From: a virus
IMG/VR virus record: IMGVR_UViG_3300031576_000005
Location: 95,143 to 159,142 of that record
Length of the DNA: 64,000 nt
Strand: one strand, 5' to 3'
Below are positions 48,177 through 57,486 of the stretch, piece by piece. The first letter of the stretch is position 1. Each line of letters opens with the position of its first letter. The translations under genes and the position numbers were made by a program. Under the pieces are notes generated by a model. It did not search any database. It saw only the letters and a list, made by a program, of their open reading frames with translations, and was not told the DNA's origin.

Positions 48177-48767
48177 CTAATCTCTACTATATCCACCCTG
48201 ACAAATTGATATCAACCGTTTTAATACTTCAATACTCATTAAAACATCGGTTTTAGCCTCATGTAATTCTCCGACTCTTGGAATTTGGAAATATTCTACC
48301 AGACTCCCCAAACTACCGCTCAATTCTGGTAGCTTCCCACAAACCATAAGAAAACGCGCCACGGAGGATGTACAAAGTGACCTATAGCTAACATACTTAT
48401 CCCAACTTCCTTCAGAAATAACTGTTTTCTTTAAAAACCGACAATCAAAAGCAACTCCATGGCCAGCGGGGATGAATTTCTCTCGCTTTGGATTTAAGAT
48501 ATCGTTGTTGAAGTTGGAATTCAAGAAGTTATATATCTTCGTTCCAGCTTCTTTATAGGTTATGGCCGTCTTATCATGCTCTACAATATCTATTTTATTC
48601 ACCTCAAGTCCTTGGGCTGTAACATGATAGACACCATCGTCCGGCTTCACCCTAATATGAAGTTCGTCTACAATATTAAAGTCTTTACTTAATGCCGCCA
48701 TGAAGACTTCCAAAAGTGTCTTGTCTTCTCCAATTCCGCCCGATTCTACGTCTAGTGCGAGCATCAT
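48177..48767 (-). CDS. DEDDh 3'-5' exonuclease
   Basis: LDVESGG, GHGVAFD, HEAKTD. Confidence 0.85.
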   Translation of the reverse strand: MMLALDVESGGIGEDKTLLEVFMAALSKDFNIVDELHIRVKPDDGVYHVTAQGLEVNKIDIVEHDKTAITYKEAGTKIYNFLNSNFNNDILNPKREKFIPAGHGVAFDCRFLKKTVISEGSWDKYVSYRSLCTSSVARFLMVCGKLPELSGSLGSLVEYFQIPRVGELHEAKTDVLMSIEVLKRLISICQGGYSRD

Positions 48768-49444
48768 ACATTAAATGTCTCGCTAGCCTCAACATCCAAA
48801 TCATCCAATTCTCGTTGAGCGTTTTTAATTGTTTTCTTCAAGTCGATTGTCTTTTTATTTAAGAATCTTTCTTTAGCCATTTTCGACAATTCTTTAAACG
48901 AATGTTTAACATCAGCCCATTTTCCAATTAGATATTTCGACCGTTCGTAAAAGGTTGCGTGTTTGCCATGATTATCTAGAACTTCTTGCCTAGAATTAAA
49001 TTCTTTACCTTTCAAATCTTGATTTGAATCGGTATACCAAGTAGCCTCCGCCCAATATCCGGTTAGTCCCATACAAACAGGGTCTGGCTTCACATCATCA
49101 TACCAAATTTGGATTTCATTAAAATAGTTTTCTTTTCGAGATAAACCAATTAATTTTAAAATTTCTAATGGAATTGGAGTAACACTATAATCTTCAACCC
49201 CGACCTTGAGAGGACACAATTCCGAAAGGATATTTTCTAGACTTCGCTTTAAATGCATAAAAGGAATGGGGCTTTTATCTTTTGAAACAATCGTGTTTTG
49301 ACCTTTGAGTCCAAGTTCTTGAACTTTTTGCTTCCATTCGTCTAGTTTGTCGCCGTCATGAATCAATTCTATAGTTTCCTCGATTAAAAATGTTTCAATG
49401 GTAGTTTTCATTTCTTCGTGGTTATTTTCTGTTAATGTGTTCAT
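48764..49444 (-). CDS. Hypothetical phage protein
   Basis: LCP..PIPLEIL..IW..PDP..YLIGKW; has its own TTGACA-17-TATAGT promoter. Confidence 0.75.
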   Translation of the reverse strand: MNTLTENNHEEMKTTIETFLIEETIELIHDGDKLDEWKQKVQELGLKGQNTIVSKDKSPIPFMHLKRSLENILSELCPLKVGVEDYSVTPIPLEILKLIGLSRKENYFNEIQIWYDDVKPDPVCMGLTGYWAEATWYTDSNQDLKGKEFNSRQEVLDNHGKHATFYERSKYLIGKWADVKHSFKELSKMAKERFLNKKTIDLKKTIKNAQRELDDLDVEASETFNV

Positions 49445-49450
49445 ATTTTT

Positions 49451-49479
49451 ACTATATCTATATATTCAATTATTGTCAA
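49451..49479 (-). promoter_or_regulatory. sigma70-like promoter TTGACA-17-TATAGT
   Basis: Near-consensus; ATG 6 nt downstream. Confidence 0.8.
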
Positions 49480-50260
49480 GGCATTTTCTTAAATTCCCGT
49501 ACATTTCATCACAATGTTCTTCACCAAGACCAGAGCTAGTACCACAATTCGCTTCAATCATAATCCAGCCACCATCAGCTTTTTCGGCAATATCTATAAC
49601 AAAAAAATTAGTATTCTCTGCTATTTTATCGGCAATCATATCGGCAAAATCTAATCCTTCTTGATTAATCGTTCCTCCATGTTCCGCAATCTTCCAGTAA
49701 TAAAAATATGTTAGCCTCGTTTTCTTATAGTAAAAAAATCTCCATTCATTACTAAAGGGTAAATCGTTTATCCCAACTTCTAAAACTTTTAGAGGCACAA
49801 ATTCTCTAATAATAACCCCCTGATTATGAATTAATCCATCTTTAAATAATTCACAAGCAATATCAGCGGCCTTAGAATAGCCTTTTGCAAACATTTTCGT
49901 ATTCCAATCCTCTTTTTTTGATTTAGTCCGACCCTTAACAACAAAACTCATGTTTTCGTCCTTTGGAACATCTTCCAATCGAAACCAAGTCTTTGGGGTA
50001 TGGTCTTTAACGTCTAGATAATACATGAAATCGGCAATATAAGTATATTGTATAAGACTATTGATTAATTTAGAGTTCTGAATTTCTATATCCCATTCTA
50101 ATTCTTTATAAAATGGCCACGCACTGTATCGAGGAATGACGAGTCTATTCGTCAATCCAACTCTAGATTCGACGACATCGAAATATTTCTTTATAATAGA
50201 CAATTCAGGTGGCTGGTATACATTTCTATCAAGACGACGAAATAAGACTATAGAACTCAT
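49466..50260 (-). CDS. ATP-grasp domain protein (R2K-like)
   Basis: TPKTW, FVVKG..KSKK, IIREFVPL, NEWRFF, FFVIDIA..W.MIEAN..SSGL. Confidence 0.78.
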   Translation of the reverse strand: MSSIVLFRRLDRNVYQPPELSIIKKYFDVVESRVGLTNRLVIPRYSAWPFYKELEWDIEIQNSKLINSLIQYTYIADFMYYLDVKDHTPKTWFRLEDVPKDENMSFVVKGRTKSKKEDWNTKMFAKGYSKAADIACELFKDGLIHNQGVIIREFVPLKVLEVGINDLPFSNEWRFFYYKKTRLTYFYYWKIAEHGGTINQEGLDFADMIADKIAENTNFFVIDIAEKADGGWIMIEANCGTSSGLGEEHCDEMYGNLRKCLDNN

Positions 50261-50428
50261 TTAATTATCAATAAATTCTTTTAATGTAACAACGGCTTCC
50301 GCTAAAGTCAATCCAAGTTCTCTCGCTTCTTCTTTGTCTAACATTCCTAAGTCAATTTTAGTACATCCTTATTCTATTTCTATGCTAATAGAGTTTCCAG
50401 TGCAATATTTTTCTATATTAATTTTCAT
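50261..50428 (-). pseudogene. 55-codon ORF interrupted by in-frame TAA (50369-50371)
   Basis: MKINIEKYCTGNSISIEIE*GCTKIDLGMLDKEEARELG..FIDN*; abuts both neighbours with no gap. Confidence 0.55.
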
Positions 50429-51550
50429 TTATTCTTCTTCTAAAGTATGGTTTTTAAATATTCCTAATTCCATTTGTCGCGTGTTCTGTAGTAATATATG
50501 CTTAAGAACCTCGGTTTTGGTCTCTTGATTAGAGAAAAAATTCATCATTATGGTAAATTTCTTAGTTGAACCGTAATTTTTTAACATTTCTATAGCATAT
50601 TCTTTGCGGGATAGGTGTTTATTCGCATGGTATTTGGCCTGTAGAGCGTTTATAATATCTTTATAGACTCCAACGCCATCAAATAGCTTAGAAATGGCTG
50701 CGGAGGCAAATTGAAGGCATTCAAAATCAAAGGTAGACACAAACTTATCACAATATTCTTTATAATTGGGTTGATTCCATAAAAACCACATATCAGCTAG
50801 CTTATCTGTAGTTAAATTAGACTTTAAAGAATGTAATGAAAGATACCAAGCGGATTTCACCTTACGTATTTGTTGGTCATTATTAAAGTACAAGCATAAT
50901 CCCTCTTGTCCTTGAAGTTTTTCAATTGCTTCTAACATTTCTGGAATTGAGCCAAAATTAAATCTTTTTGGCCGTTTTACCCCAAAATATATAGCAAACT
51001 CATCTAATGCTTTCTGAGGATAAAGAGAATAGTTGGAATGACGTATCGCCCCAATTAAATATAAATCTGGTTTGTCTCCATAATTAATTACTATCTTATT
51101 AACTGGAGACACCCACTCAAAAATCCAAGAAACATCACTGTTTTGTTCATCAAAAAGTCTAGAAATACAGGGGTGCTCATTCAAAAGATAGTTAATTTCG
51201 TGGCCATTATCTAATTTTTTAGCATCAAATGTCCCACGGGCGCGAATAATCAGCTCTCCTTTATATTTGGACACGACTAAGGTTGAACCATCAATTTTTT
51301 CAATTAATTCACAGTTTCTTATATCTTTTGGGGTGGGTGACAAATCTGGTCGTTCGCCCCAATTAAAGAATTTCGGAAAAGAAAGACTAACCGGCTCTCC
51401 TTTACTATTCCAAATAGAACTTCTAAATATTAGATTTTCCCGCGTCCACTTTGTACCCGCAAACTGAGGATTTATTAAAAAACAAATTTCTCCAGCTATT
51501 TTGCCTGGTTTAATGATAAAATTCTCAGAATCTGGAAATTCTACCTTCAT
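50429..51550 (-). CDS. T4 Rnl1-like RNA ligase
   Basis: SFPKFFNWGE, motif I EKIDGS, RGTF, FEWVSP.N.IV.Y, EG, KVKS.WY..H. Confidence 0.88.
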   Translation of the reverse strand: MKVEFPDSENFIIKPGKIAGEICFLINPQFAGTKWTRENLIFRSSIWNSKGEPVSLSFPKFFNWGERPDLSPTPKDIRNCELIEKIDGSTLVVSKYKGELIIRARGTFDAKKLDNGHEINYLLNEHPCISRLFDEQNSDVSWIFEWVSPVNKIVINYGDKPDLYLIGAIRHSNYSLYPQKALDEFAIYFGVKRPKRFNFGSIPEMLEAIEKLQGQEGLCLYFNNDQQIRKVKSAWYLSLHSLKSNLTTDKLADMWFLWNQPNYKEYCDKFVSTFDFECLQFASAAISKLFDGVGVYKDIINALQAKYHANKHLSRKEYAIEMLKNYGSTKKFTIMMNFFSNQETKTEVLKHILLQNTRQMELGIFKNHTLEEE

Positions 51551-51940
51551 TTATTGTTGTTTAAATCCTTCTTTGTATACAGCATCATAACACAATTTCT
51601 TTGTAAATACATAATTCTGTTGAAGCTTTCTAATTAATTGTTGTATGGAATCTCCATATTCATATCCTTGAAGAATAATTTCCGAAGAAGCTTCTTTGAT
51701 ATTAGCATAAATTCTTGAATTAAGTTGTGGAAGAGCTAATACAAAATGGTTTTTTCCGTTGCTTTCGAATGATAAAACAAAATAGATAGAATTATCTCTC
51801 TTATTTTGATAAGAATATTGGTTTTTCCAATTAACAGGAATTTGATTAATTATAAATCCCTGTAAAATACTCTCTTTCCAACTCGTCATGTCCTTTACTA
51901 AATATTTTTTACCGACAATCCATTTTATATTAGTTTTCAT
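51551..51940 (-). CDS. Hypothetical protein
   Basis: Coupled ORF, start moved to ATG 51940. Confidence 0.55.
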   Translation of the reverse strand: MKTNIKWIVGKKYLVKDMTSWKESILQGFIINQIPVNWKNQYSYQNKRDNSIYFVLSFESNGKNHFVLALPQLNSRIYANIKEASSEIILQGYEYGDSIQQLIRKLQQNYVFTKKLCYDAVYKEGFKQQ

Positions 51941-52124
51941 AAGTATTTGATTTAGCCCCTTCTTCATATGCATTATTTAAAAGAGTGGCTATATCTAAAG
52001 CCAATCTCATGTTTTGGTCTAAATTCATTAGGGTCGCAACCTTCTCACCATCTATTTTGTCAACACACCAATAATAATGATGACGACCAGAATGTTTAAC
52101 GGCTTTATAAATTATTTGATTCAT
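51930..52124 (-). CDS. Hypothetical protein
   Basis: Coupled ORF. Confidence 0.5.
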   Translation of the reverse strand: MNQIIYKAVKHSGRHHYYWCVDKIDGEKVATLMNLDQNMRLALDIATLLNNAYEEGAKSNTYEN

Positions 52125-52579
52125 TATTTTTGATGTCCATTTTCATCAAAATCATCTGGGAATAAATAAACTTGATAGTCATGGACTCGAACCATAAATT
52201 TTTCCATGAATGTATCCCAAGCATCTCTGGCATCCATGTCTCTTGGTTCGTCAAGAAAATGTTCAAAAACTAAATGTGCAAAGGCACACTCGAAATGGTC
52301 ATTTTTACTCAACTCGGCCTGTGTTGGAAAGCCGCTTTCATCGGCTTCCATTAGTTCTAAAATAGAATGTTCAGTCCAGCACCCCACAGAACCATCGCCA
52401 TTAGGGAGAAATGGAAAGAGATAAAACAATACTTTATTTTTAATTAAAATTTGCCTAGCCTCTTCTACAGCATCAACCTTCTTCTTATCTTCATCTGACA
52501 AAGTATTGTAAAATGATTTGGCGCGTTTATCGGCCTCGGCTTGAGCGGCCTCTAGGTGTTCTTTGTTTTTGGGATACAT
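52124..52579 (-). CDS. Hypothetical acidic protein
   Basis: Start moved to ATG 52579. Confidence 0.6.
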   Translation of the reverse strand: MYPKNKEHLEAAQAEADKRAKSFYNTLSDEDKKKVDAVEEARQILIKNKVLFYLFPFLPNGDGSVGCWTEHSILELMEADESGFPTQAELSKNDHFECAFAHLVFEHFLDEPRDMDARDAWDTFMEKFMVRVHDYQVYLFPDDFDENGHQK

Positions 52580-52584
52580 ATATT

Positions 52585-53394
52585 TTATTTGGTTTTTACA
52601 GGAACGCCAGCACAAATTTTACAAGTGCAAAATTCTGTTCCAGAACTTTTCTCAAATCCATCCTTTCCAGCTTCTTGATAAGTTTTTCCACACTTATGAA
52701 CCCACATTCCCCCACTAACATATGCCCGGCCACCCATACCTCCATTATATGCTTTCCATAACTCCGAAATTTCTCCCGCTTTCCTTTTTCTTTCTTTTGG
52801 AACATAAGTTGATAGCCAAAATTTTAACTCTTCGATATGGTCTTTTAATTCTCTAATTGTGCTTAAAATACATTCGTCTTCAGTTTTAAAGAGATAATTA
52901 TCTTCTATCGTAAATTCCATATAAGGACAACTAAAATCACGTACATGAAATAAATCTTTTTGGGAAAGAAATGAAAGTTCATTGTCTCTTTTTTCAATTT
53001 TTTCGATAATTACTTCTCTCACAGAGGGGCTTCGAAAGCTTTTGCTATACATAACTGATGCGAAAACAATGTTTCCCACAACAAATCCCCTTTTCTTTGT
53101 GTGAAACGGAACTCCTTCGTATCTATTTTCAAGCACAAAGCTAAACGGTTTAACTTCTTTACCCTTATTGAAATCATTTAAAAAATGTAATATTTCATAA
53201 TTTTTTAATGTATAAAAATATGGGGAATTGGTGAATATTTGTAATAATTTTTTCTTAGGATGCAATAAGAATTTATCTTTAATTTTCGAACAAAGAGCTA
53301 AAACAATTGGATTGTCAGTTTTTGATTGTTTTTTTCCAGCTTTAATGTATTCTTCGGTTACTTCAATCATTATATTATTTTTAATTATATTCAT
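52585..53394 (-). CDS. Hypothetical protein (C-terminal frame uncertain)
   Basis: IEVTEEYIKAG..NPIVLAL N-terminal module; overlapping alternative frame at 52596-52805. Confidence 0.55.
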   Translation of the reverse strand: MNIIKNNIMIEVTEEYIKAGKKQSKTDNPIVLALCSKIKDKFLLHPKKKLLQIFTNSPYFYTLKNYEILHFLNDFNKGKEVKPFSFVLENRYEGVPFHTKKRGFVVGNIVFASVMYSKSFRSPSVREVIIEKIEKRDNELSFLSQKDLFHVRDFSCPYMEFTIEDNYLFKTEDECILSTIRELKDHIEELKFWLSTYVPKERKRKAGEISELWKAYNGGMGGRAYVSGGMWVHKCGKTYQEAGKDGFEKSSGTEFCTCKICAGVPVKTK

Positions 53395-53562
53395 ATTTTT
53401 ATTATTTTATCCTTTCAATCCAAAATCTATATTGATTCGCAACCAATCCTTTAATAATTCTCTGAGCATACCATTTAACAAGCCGGGCTAATAAATGAGA
53501 ACGATAATTGCCTATTGTAATTTTCTTTTTATTTCTTCTATCGTAATAGCGTACTCTATATT

Positions 53563-54390
53563 TCATGTCAATATTTTTGATATTCTATTATTAAAATAAA
53601 GACATTCTGTTCTTATACCTTTCCTAGCGAATCCACTCACATCATGAGAACAGGTAGCCCTAACCTCTTTTGTAATTTTCTTCCATTTATTTTTTAACAA
53701 ATCATCATAAATTGAATGTCCATATCCAGAAAGAATAATCATTGCTTTAGAATCCACTATTTTGTCTACAAGCTCTTCATGATTTTCGGGTGACATTTCG
53801 TTTGGATAAAATCCGTCTATCCTTGTTGCCGGAATGTATGGCGGGTCTAAATATATTAAAAAATCTTTCGAATTACACAAATTAAAACATTTCTTCCAGT
53901 CTCTATTTAAAATTTGAACATTACGAATTCTATTATATAATAATTCCAAATTATCGATTGAAGACAAATACATCTGAATTGTGGCGGGGACGCTAGATGC
54001 TTGAGATTCTAAAGCAAAGCGTGGTCCTTTGCTCCAAATACCACTAAACGAAAGTTGGGCAACATAATACCATTGAAAAGCTTTCTCAACATCATTTTGT
54101 TGATTCTTCCACCCGTCTTTAAATAAATGAAAGTCTCTTTCGTTATAAGGGGTTAGTAATAATTTCTTTTTCAATATCTTTGTTTTAGTATTATCTCGAA
54201 CAACACTAAAGAAATTTGTTATTCCGTTATTAATGTCATTGAATATTTCAATTTTTGAAGGTGGCTTCCTCAACAAAACCGAGCCAGTCCCGCCAAATAG
54301 TTCTGCGTACCCCTCGTGATTGGGCATTAGATTAATTATCCATTTTGAAAGTCGGGCTTTACTTCCGAACCATGGGAAGGGATTATTCAT
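53563..54390 (-). CDS. DNA N6-adenine methyltransferase (Dam/D12 class)
   Basis: WFGSK, ELFGGTGSV, NDIN, YLDPPY, ILSGY. Confidence 0.92.
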   Translation of the reverse strand: MNNPFPWFGSKARLSKWIINLMPNHEGYAELFGGTGSVLLRKPPSKIEIFNDINNGITNFFSVVRDNTKTKILKKKLLLTPYNERDFHLFKDGWKNQQNDVEKAFQWYYVAQLSFSGIWSKGPRFALESQASSVPATIQMYLSSIDNLELLYNRIRNVQILNRDWKKCFNLCNSKDFLIYLDPPYIPATRIDGFYPNEMSPENHEELVDKIVDSKAMIILSGYGHSIYDDLLKNKWKKITKEVRATCSHDVSGFARKGIRTECLYFNNRISKILT

Positions 54391-54662
54391 ATAGATTTTT
54401 TAACCAATATCATTTCAATTAAATGTAAAAAATAAGACATTATTGCGACAATAAGTGCAATCATAAATCCATAAATTCCATGCCCACGTAATAACAAAAC
54501 CATCCAAGCAATATGAAAAGATAAACAATAACTACATTTATACAATTCTGATGTAATTTTATTTTTATCTAACAAATCTCGTAACCCCTTTGTCAGAGTG
54601 GGGTAATTCATGACCCAATAAATCGAGTAACAGAAAAACGAGAGTAAAATTATGTCGTGCAT
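54387..54662 (-). CDS. Small membrane protein with a CxxC motif (DUF1360-like)
   Basis: ELYKCSYCLSFHIAW plus hydrophobic helices. Confidence 0.6.
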   Translation of the reverse strand: MHDIILLSFFCYSIYWVMNYPTLTKGLRDLLDKNKITSELYKCSYCLSFHIAWMVLLLRGHGIYGFMIALIVAIMSYFLHLIEMILVKKSI

Positions 54663-54663
54663 A

Positions 54664-54945
54664 TTATAAAAATACAACTTTATTGTGCTTAACAAAAGAA
54701 CTATAATCTAATGGTTCGTTGTTTGAAGTTTTACTTTTTTTTAAGAAATGATTGGTATATATAGCGACGTTTTTAATACTAGAATATTTGGTATAAAAAT
54801 TCTTGTAATAATGTAGTTCAGCGGTGCAGCTATATTCCCAATATTCTTTAGAATTAAAATTTGGCCGATTCCACCAAAGTTTTATTTTTTCAAATAACGT
54901 ATATTTCTGGCTTTTCACATTTTCATCATTAATATTTTTGTTCAC
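54664..54945 (-). CDS. Hypothetical protein
   Basis: Tightly packed ORF. Confidence 0.45.
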   Translation of the reverse strand: MNKNINDENVKSQKYTLFEKIKLWWNRPNFNSKEYWEYSCTAELHYYKNFYTKYSSIKNVAIYTNHFLKKSKTSNNEPLDYSSFVKHNKVVFL

Positions 54946-54946
54946 A

Positions 54947-55312
54947 TTAATCTTTCTTTACTAAATTTAAAACTTCCTTAGCCTCTTCTTCGGCGGCTAG
55001 TCGGGCTTTTTCGGTATCTTTTTCCGCTAGTGATACAGCTTCTTCAAATATTTCCTTCACATGATTATTTAAAGCTTTAACAAAATAGTCTGCTGTAATC
55101 ACGTCCATCGCGGTATAGGCACTTGAACTTCCATAAAATCCATAGCGAGCATGTAGATAAAGTTCAATATCACTATCCCAAATACGACCCATTCTAATCT
55201 CAGCATGATGCTTATCATTATTCGGGCTATCTAATCCAAACGCATATTTATAATTACTTTTAACGCGATTTGCCGTTTCTTTTACTTTTTTATATTCTTC
55301 GATTTTGTTCAT
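54947..55312 (-). CDS. Hypothetical phage protein
   Basis: YGFYGSSS; helical C-terminus. Confidence 0.65.
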   Translation of the reverse strand: MNKIEEYKKVKETANRVKSNYKYAFGLDSPNNDKHHAEIRMGRIWDSDIELYLHARYGFYGSSSAYTAMDVITADYFVKALNNHVKEIFEEAVSLAEKDTEKARLAAEEEAKEVLNLVKKD

Positions 55313-55326
55313 AATTATAATATAGT

Positions 55327-55641
55327 TTATGGAATGTATCTACCTTCTCCGTGGCATTGCCAGCATTCACTATCACTTGAACGAGTACCACCATACGTTA
55401 TAATCCGTCCTTTACCATTACATTTTTCGCAATGCACTTTTTCTCGCTCTTTCTTAAGTGCCAAAGAGAGTTTGTTGTTTTCTTCTTGGAGCGGATTTGG
55501 GATGCAATCATATCCGTGAGCCATCCCATAATTGTCGTGAGCACCCTCAACCCAATTAGTCACGGTTAAAATCTGCTCAGGAGTAGCTGATATCCCAGCG
55601 TCTTCAAACGCTTCAGATATACATTCTTTCCAGTAATTCAT
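55327..55641 (-). CDS. Protein with DnaJ-type CxxCxGxG zinc finger
   Basis: CEKCNGKG and CWQCHGEG. Confidence 0.7.
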   Translation of the reverse strand: MNYWKECISEAFEDAGISATPEQILTVTNWVEGAHDNYGMAHGYDCIPNPLQEENNKLSLALKKEREKVHCEKCNGKGRIITYGGTRSSDSECWQCHGEGRYIP

Positions 55642-55901
55642 ACTATTTTTAAATATTTATTAATCAATTTAATAGGATGATACCATAGTGCTATCATCAA
55701 AGTCAAGTCTAGAATCCAATCACACGGATAAGTTCTAACAATACTAAATATTGTTCCTCTTAAAATAAACGCTGGAGAAACAAACATATACATAGTCATA
55801 TAAAAAGAATAATATATATTACGGCTATCAATATAAAAGTCTAGCCATTGGTTAAAAACAGCAAAAACTACACATAAAAGAGTGATTTTAAATATTTTCA
55901 T
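55638..55901 (-). CDS. Small membrane protein
   Basis: Three hydrophobic stretches; follows the lipoprotein gene. Confidence 0.5.
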   Translation of the reverse strand: MKIFKITLLCVVFAVFNQWLDFYIDSRNIYYSFYMTMYMFVSPAFILRGTIFSIVRTYPCDWILDLTLMIALWYHPIKLINKYLKIV

Positions 55902-55902
55902 A

Positions 55903-56352
55903 TTATTTTTCAAAAGACCATGTAACCTCTCCCTTCCAAGGGTATTGCAAACCAAGTTCTTCGGCTAGTGCTAAAGAAATATCAATACCTGATTTATTCG
56001 TAACTTTTTTATGTTTGTTAGAGATTCCTGATTCGGATTTTGGCCTGGTTCCGTGATTCCAATAATCATCGTTTGTGCTCCAGCTTCCCACGTCTTTAAT
56101 CGGAATATTATTTATAGTTTTATTGGTCTGTGGGCAAAAAACAGTTATACGTCTACCCAAAGCCTTTCTGGAAGGAAGGGCTGCAAATACCTCGGTATTA
56201 GCATAATTTTTTTCTCCATTAGCCAACATTTTACCAGAAGCATTTGTCATAATAGTAGCTTCAACAGTAAATTTGGTGATGTGATTCGTAGAATTATTGA
56301 CGGTTGTGCAACCAAGCAACATCCAGGCGAAAGATATTAATATTATTCTCAT
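55903..56352 (-). CDS. Lipoprotein with RlpA-like double-psi beta-barrel (putative lytic transglycosylase)
   Basis: Lipobox LLGC; ANGE, AALP..GRRITV, IKDVG, IDISLALAEELG. Confidence 0.65.
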   Translation of the reverse strand: MRIILISFAWMLLGCTTVNNSTNHITKFTVEATIMTNASGKMLANGEKNYANTEVFAALPSRKALGRRITVFCPQTNKTINNIPIKDVGSWSTNDDYWNHGTRPKSESGISNKHKKVTNKSGIDISLALAEELGLQYPWKGEVTWSFEK

Positions 56353-56359
56353 TCCCTTA

Positions 56360-56388
56360 AGAATATAATAAATCTAGAAATATATCAA
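56360..56388 (-). promoter_or_regulatory. sigma70-like promoter TTGATA-17-TATTCT
   Basis: -35 overlaps upstream TGA; ATG 7 nt downstream. Confidence 0.6.
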
Positions 56389-57476
56389 GGAAAATTTAAT
56401 TTATTTTTATCAATACCTAATTCTTTAGCCTTTTTATCAGCGGTGATTGCCGCGTCTTTTTCTGTTAAAAAAATACCAAGATAATAACTTTTCTTTTGAA
56501 AATAGACCTTAGCAGTCCAATTATTATTCTCTCTATGCACCCATCTATATTTTGATGCCTGATTTTCCCAATAGTCAGTCCATCCATTTAATAATTTTGT
56601 AGCCCCGTCGTCTATTTCTTGTTTTGATAAAGATTGAATATAGTCTGGAAAATTTAATTCATTCGAATCTTTATATAAAAAATAATATACTAAATCTCTA
56701 ATTTTTGCGGCTTCTTCTTCAGAAGAATAATCTCCTAAGCAAATCCTTTTATTTTTAATGTTTATTTGTGCTCTATATTTTTGGTTTTCTTTTCTTATTT
56801 TGATACCCCTATATTTTGATGATGCTTCTTTCTTTTTCGTAAACCAACTAAAATAATCTTGTAAATCATATTTTAAATAAATATCTTTTTTGTCTGGAAA
56901 ATTTATAATCGCATCGTTTTTATAAAGAAATAGCGCTAGCTTATCATAAGCTTCGGCGGCCATTACTTCAGAACCAAATCTCTTTTTGTATGATTTACCT
57001 AAGAAATTTATGTGACAATACCAGGTTTTCCCTATTCCACAGCGCGGAATAGAAATAGCTACACCACGATATTGATTAATTTTCCTTTTAATATTTCTTT
57101 GGTGTCGATTTATTGCTTTTTCAATTTTTGTTCGAGCTATAGCTTTTTCTTTAGAACAATCAACATAAAGAAGATTATATCCTATCTTATTATCGAGAGA
57201 ATTTAATGTTTTTATCCAAAAATTTTCTCTTATTTTTAATTCTCTTTTAGAAAAACATTCTTCTATTATTTCTATTTTAAAATTTTCTTTCCCATATTTA
57301 TAAATTGCTCTATTAATTGGAAATTTTCTACTATTTTTATCATATGCTGTTTCACAATGGTCACACCAACGAATTTGTATAGTTCTTGTGGTTTTTCCGA
57401 CATAAATTTTACCACTAATTAAATTAGTTATTTTATAAACTAAATATTTTCTAATATTATGATATTCTTCAAACAT
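56385..57476 (-). CDS. GIY-YIG endonuclease with three AP2-like DNA-binding domains
   Basis: VYKITNL.SGKIYVGKT..RW..H, AIYKYGKENF; YRGV..AAEAYD, SKYRGI..EEEAA, SKYRWV..DAA..LNFP. Confidence 0.87.
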   Translation of the reverse strand: MFEEYHNIRKYLVYKITNLISGKIYVGKTTRTIQIRWCDHCETAYDKNSRKFPINRAIYKYGKENFKIEIIEECFSKRELKIRENFWIKTLNSLDNKIGYNLLYVDCSKEKAIARTKIEKAINRHQRNIKRKINQYRGVAISIPRCGIGKTWYCHINFLGKSYKKRFGSEVMAAEAYDKLALFLYKNDAIINFPDKKDIYLKYDLQDYFSWFTKKKEASSKYRGIKIRKENQKYRAQINIKNKRICLGDYSSEEEAAKIRDLVYYFLYKDSNELNFPDYIQSLSKQEIDDGATKLLNGWTDYWENQASKYRWVHRENNNWTAKVYFQKKSYYLGIFLTEKDAAITADKKAKELGIDKNKLNFP

Positions 57477-57486
57477 TCTAATATAT

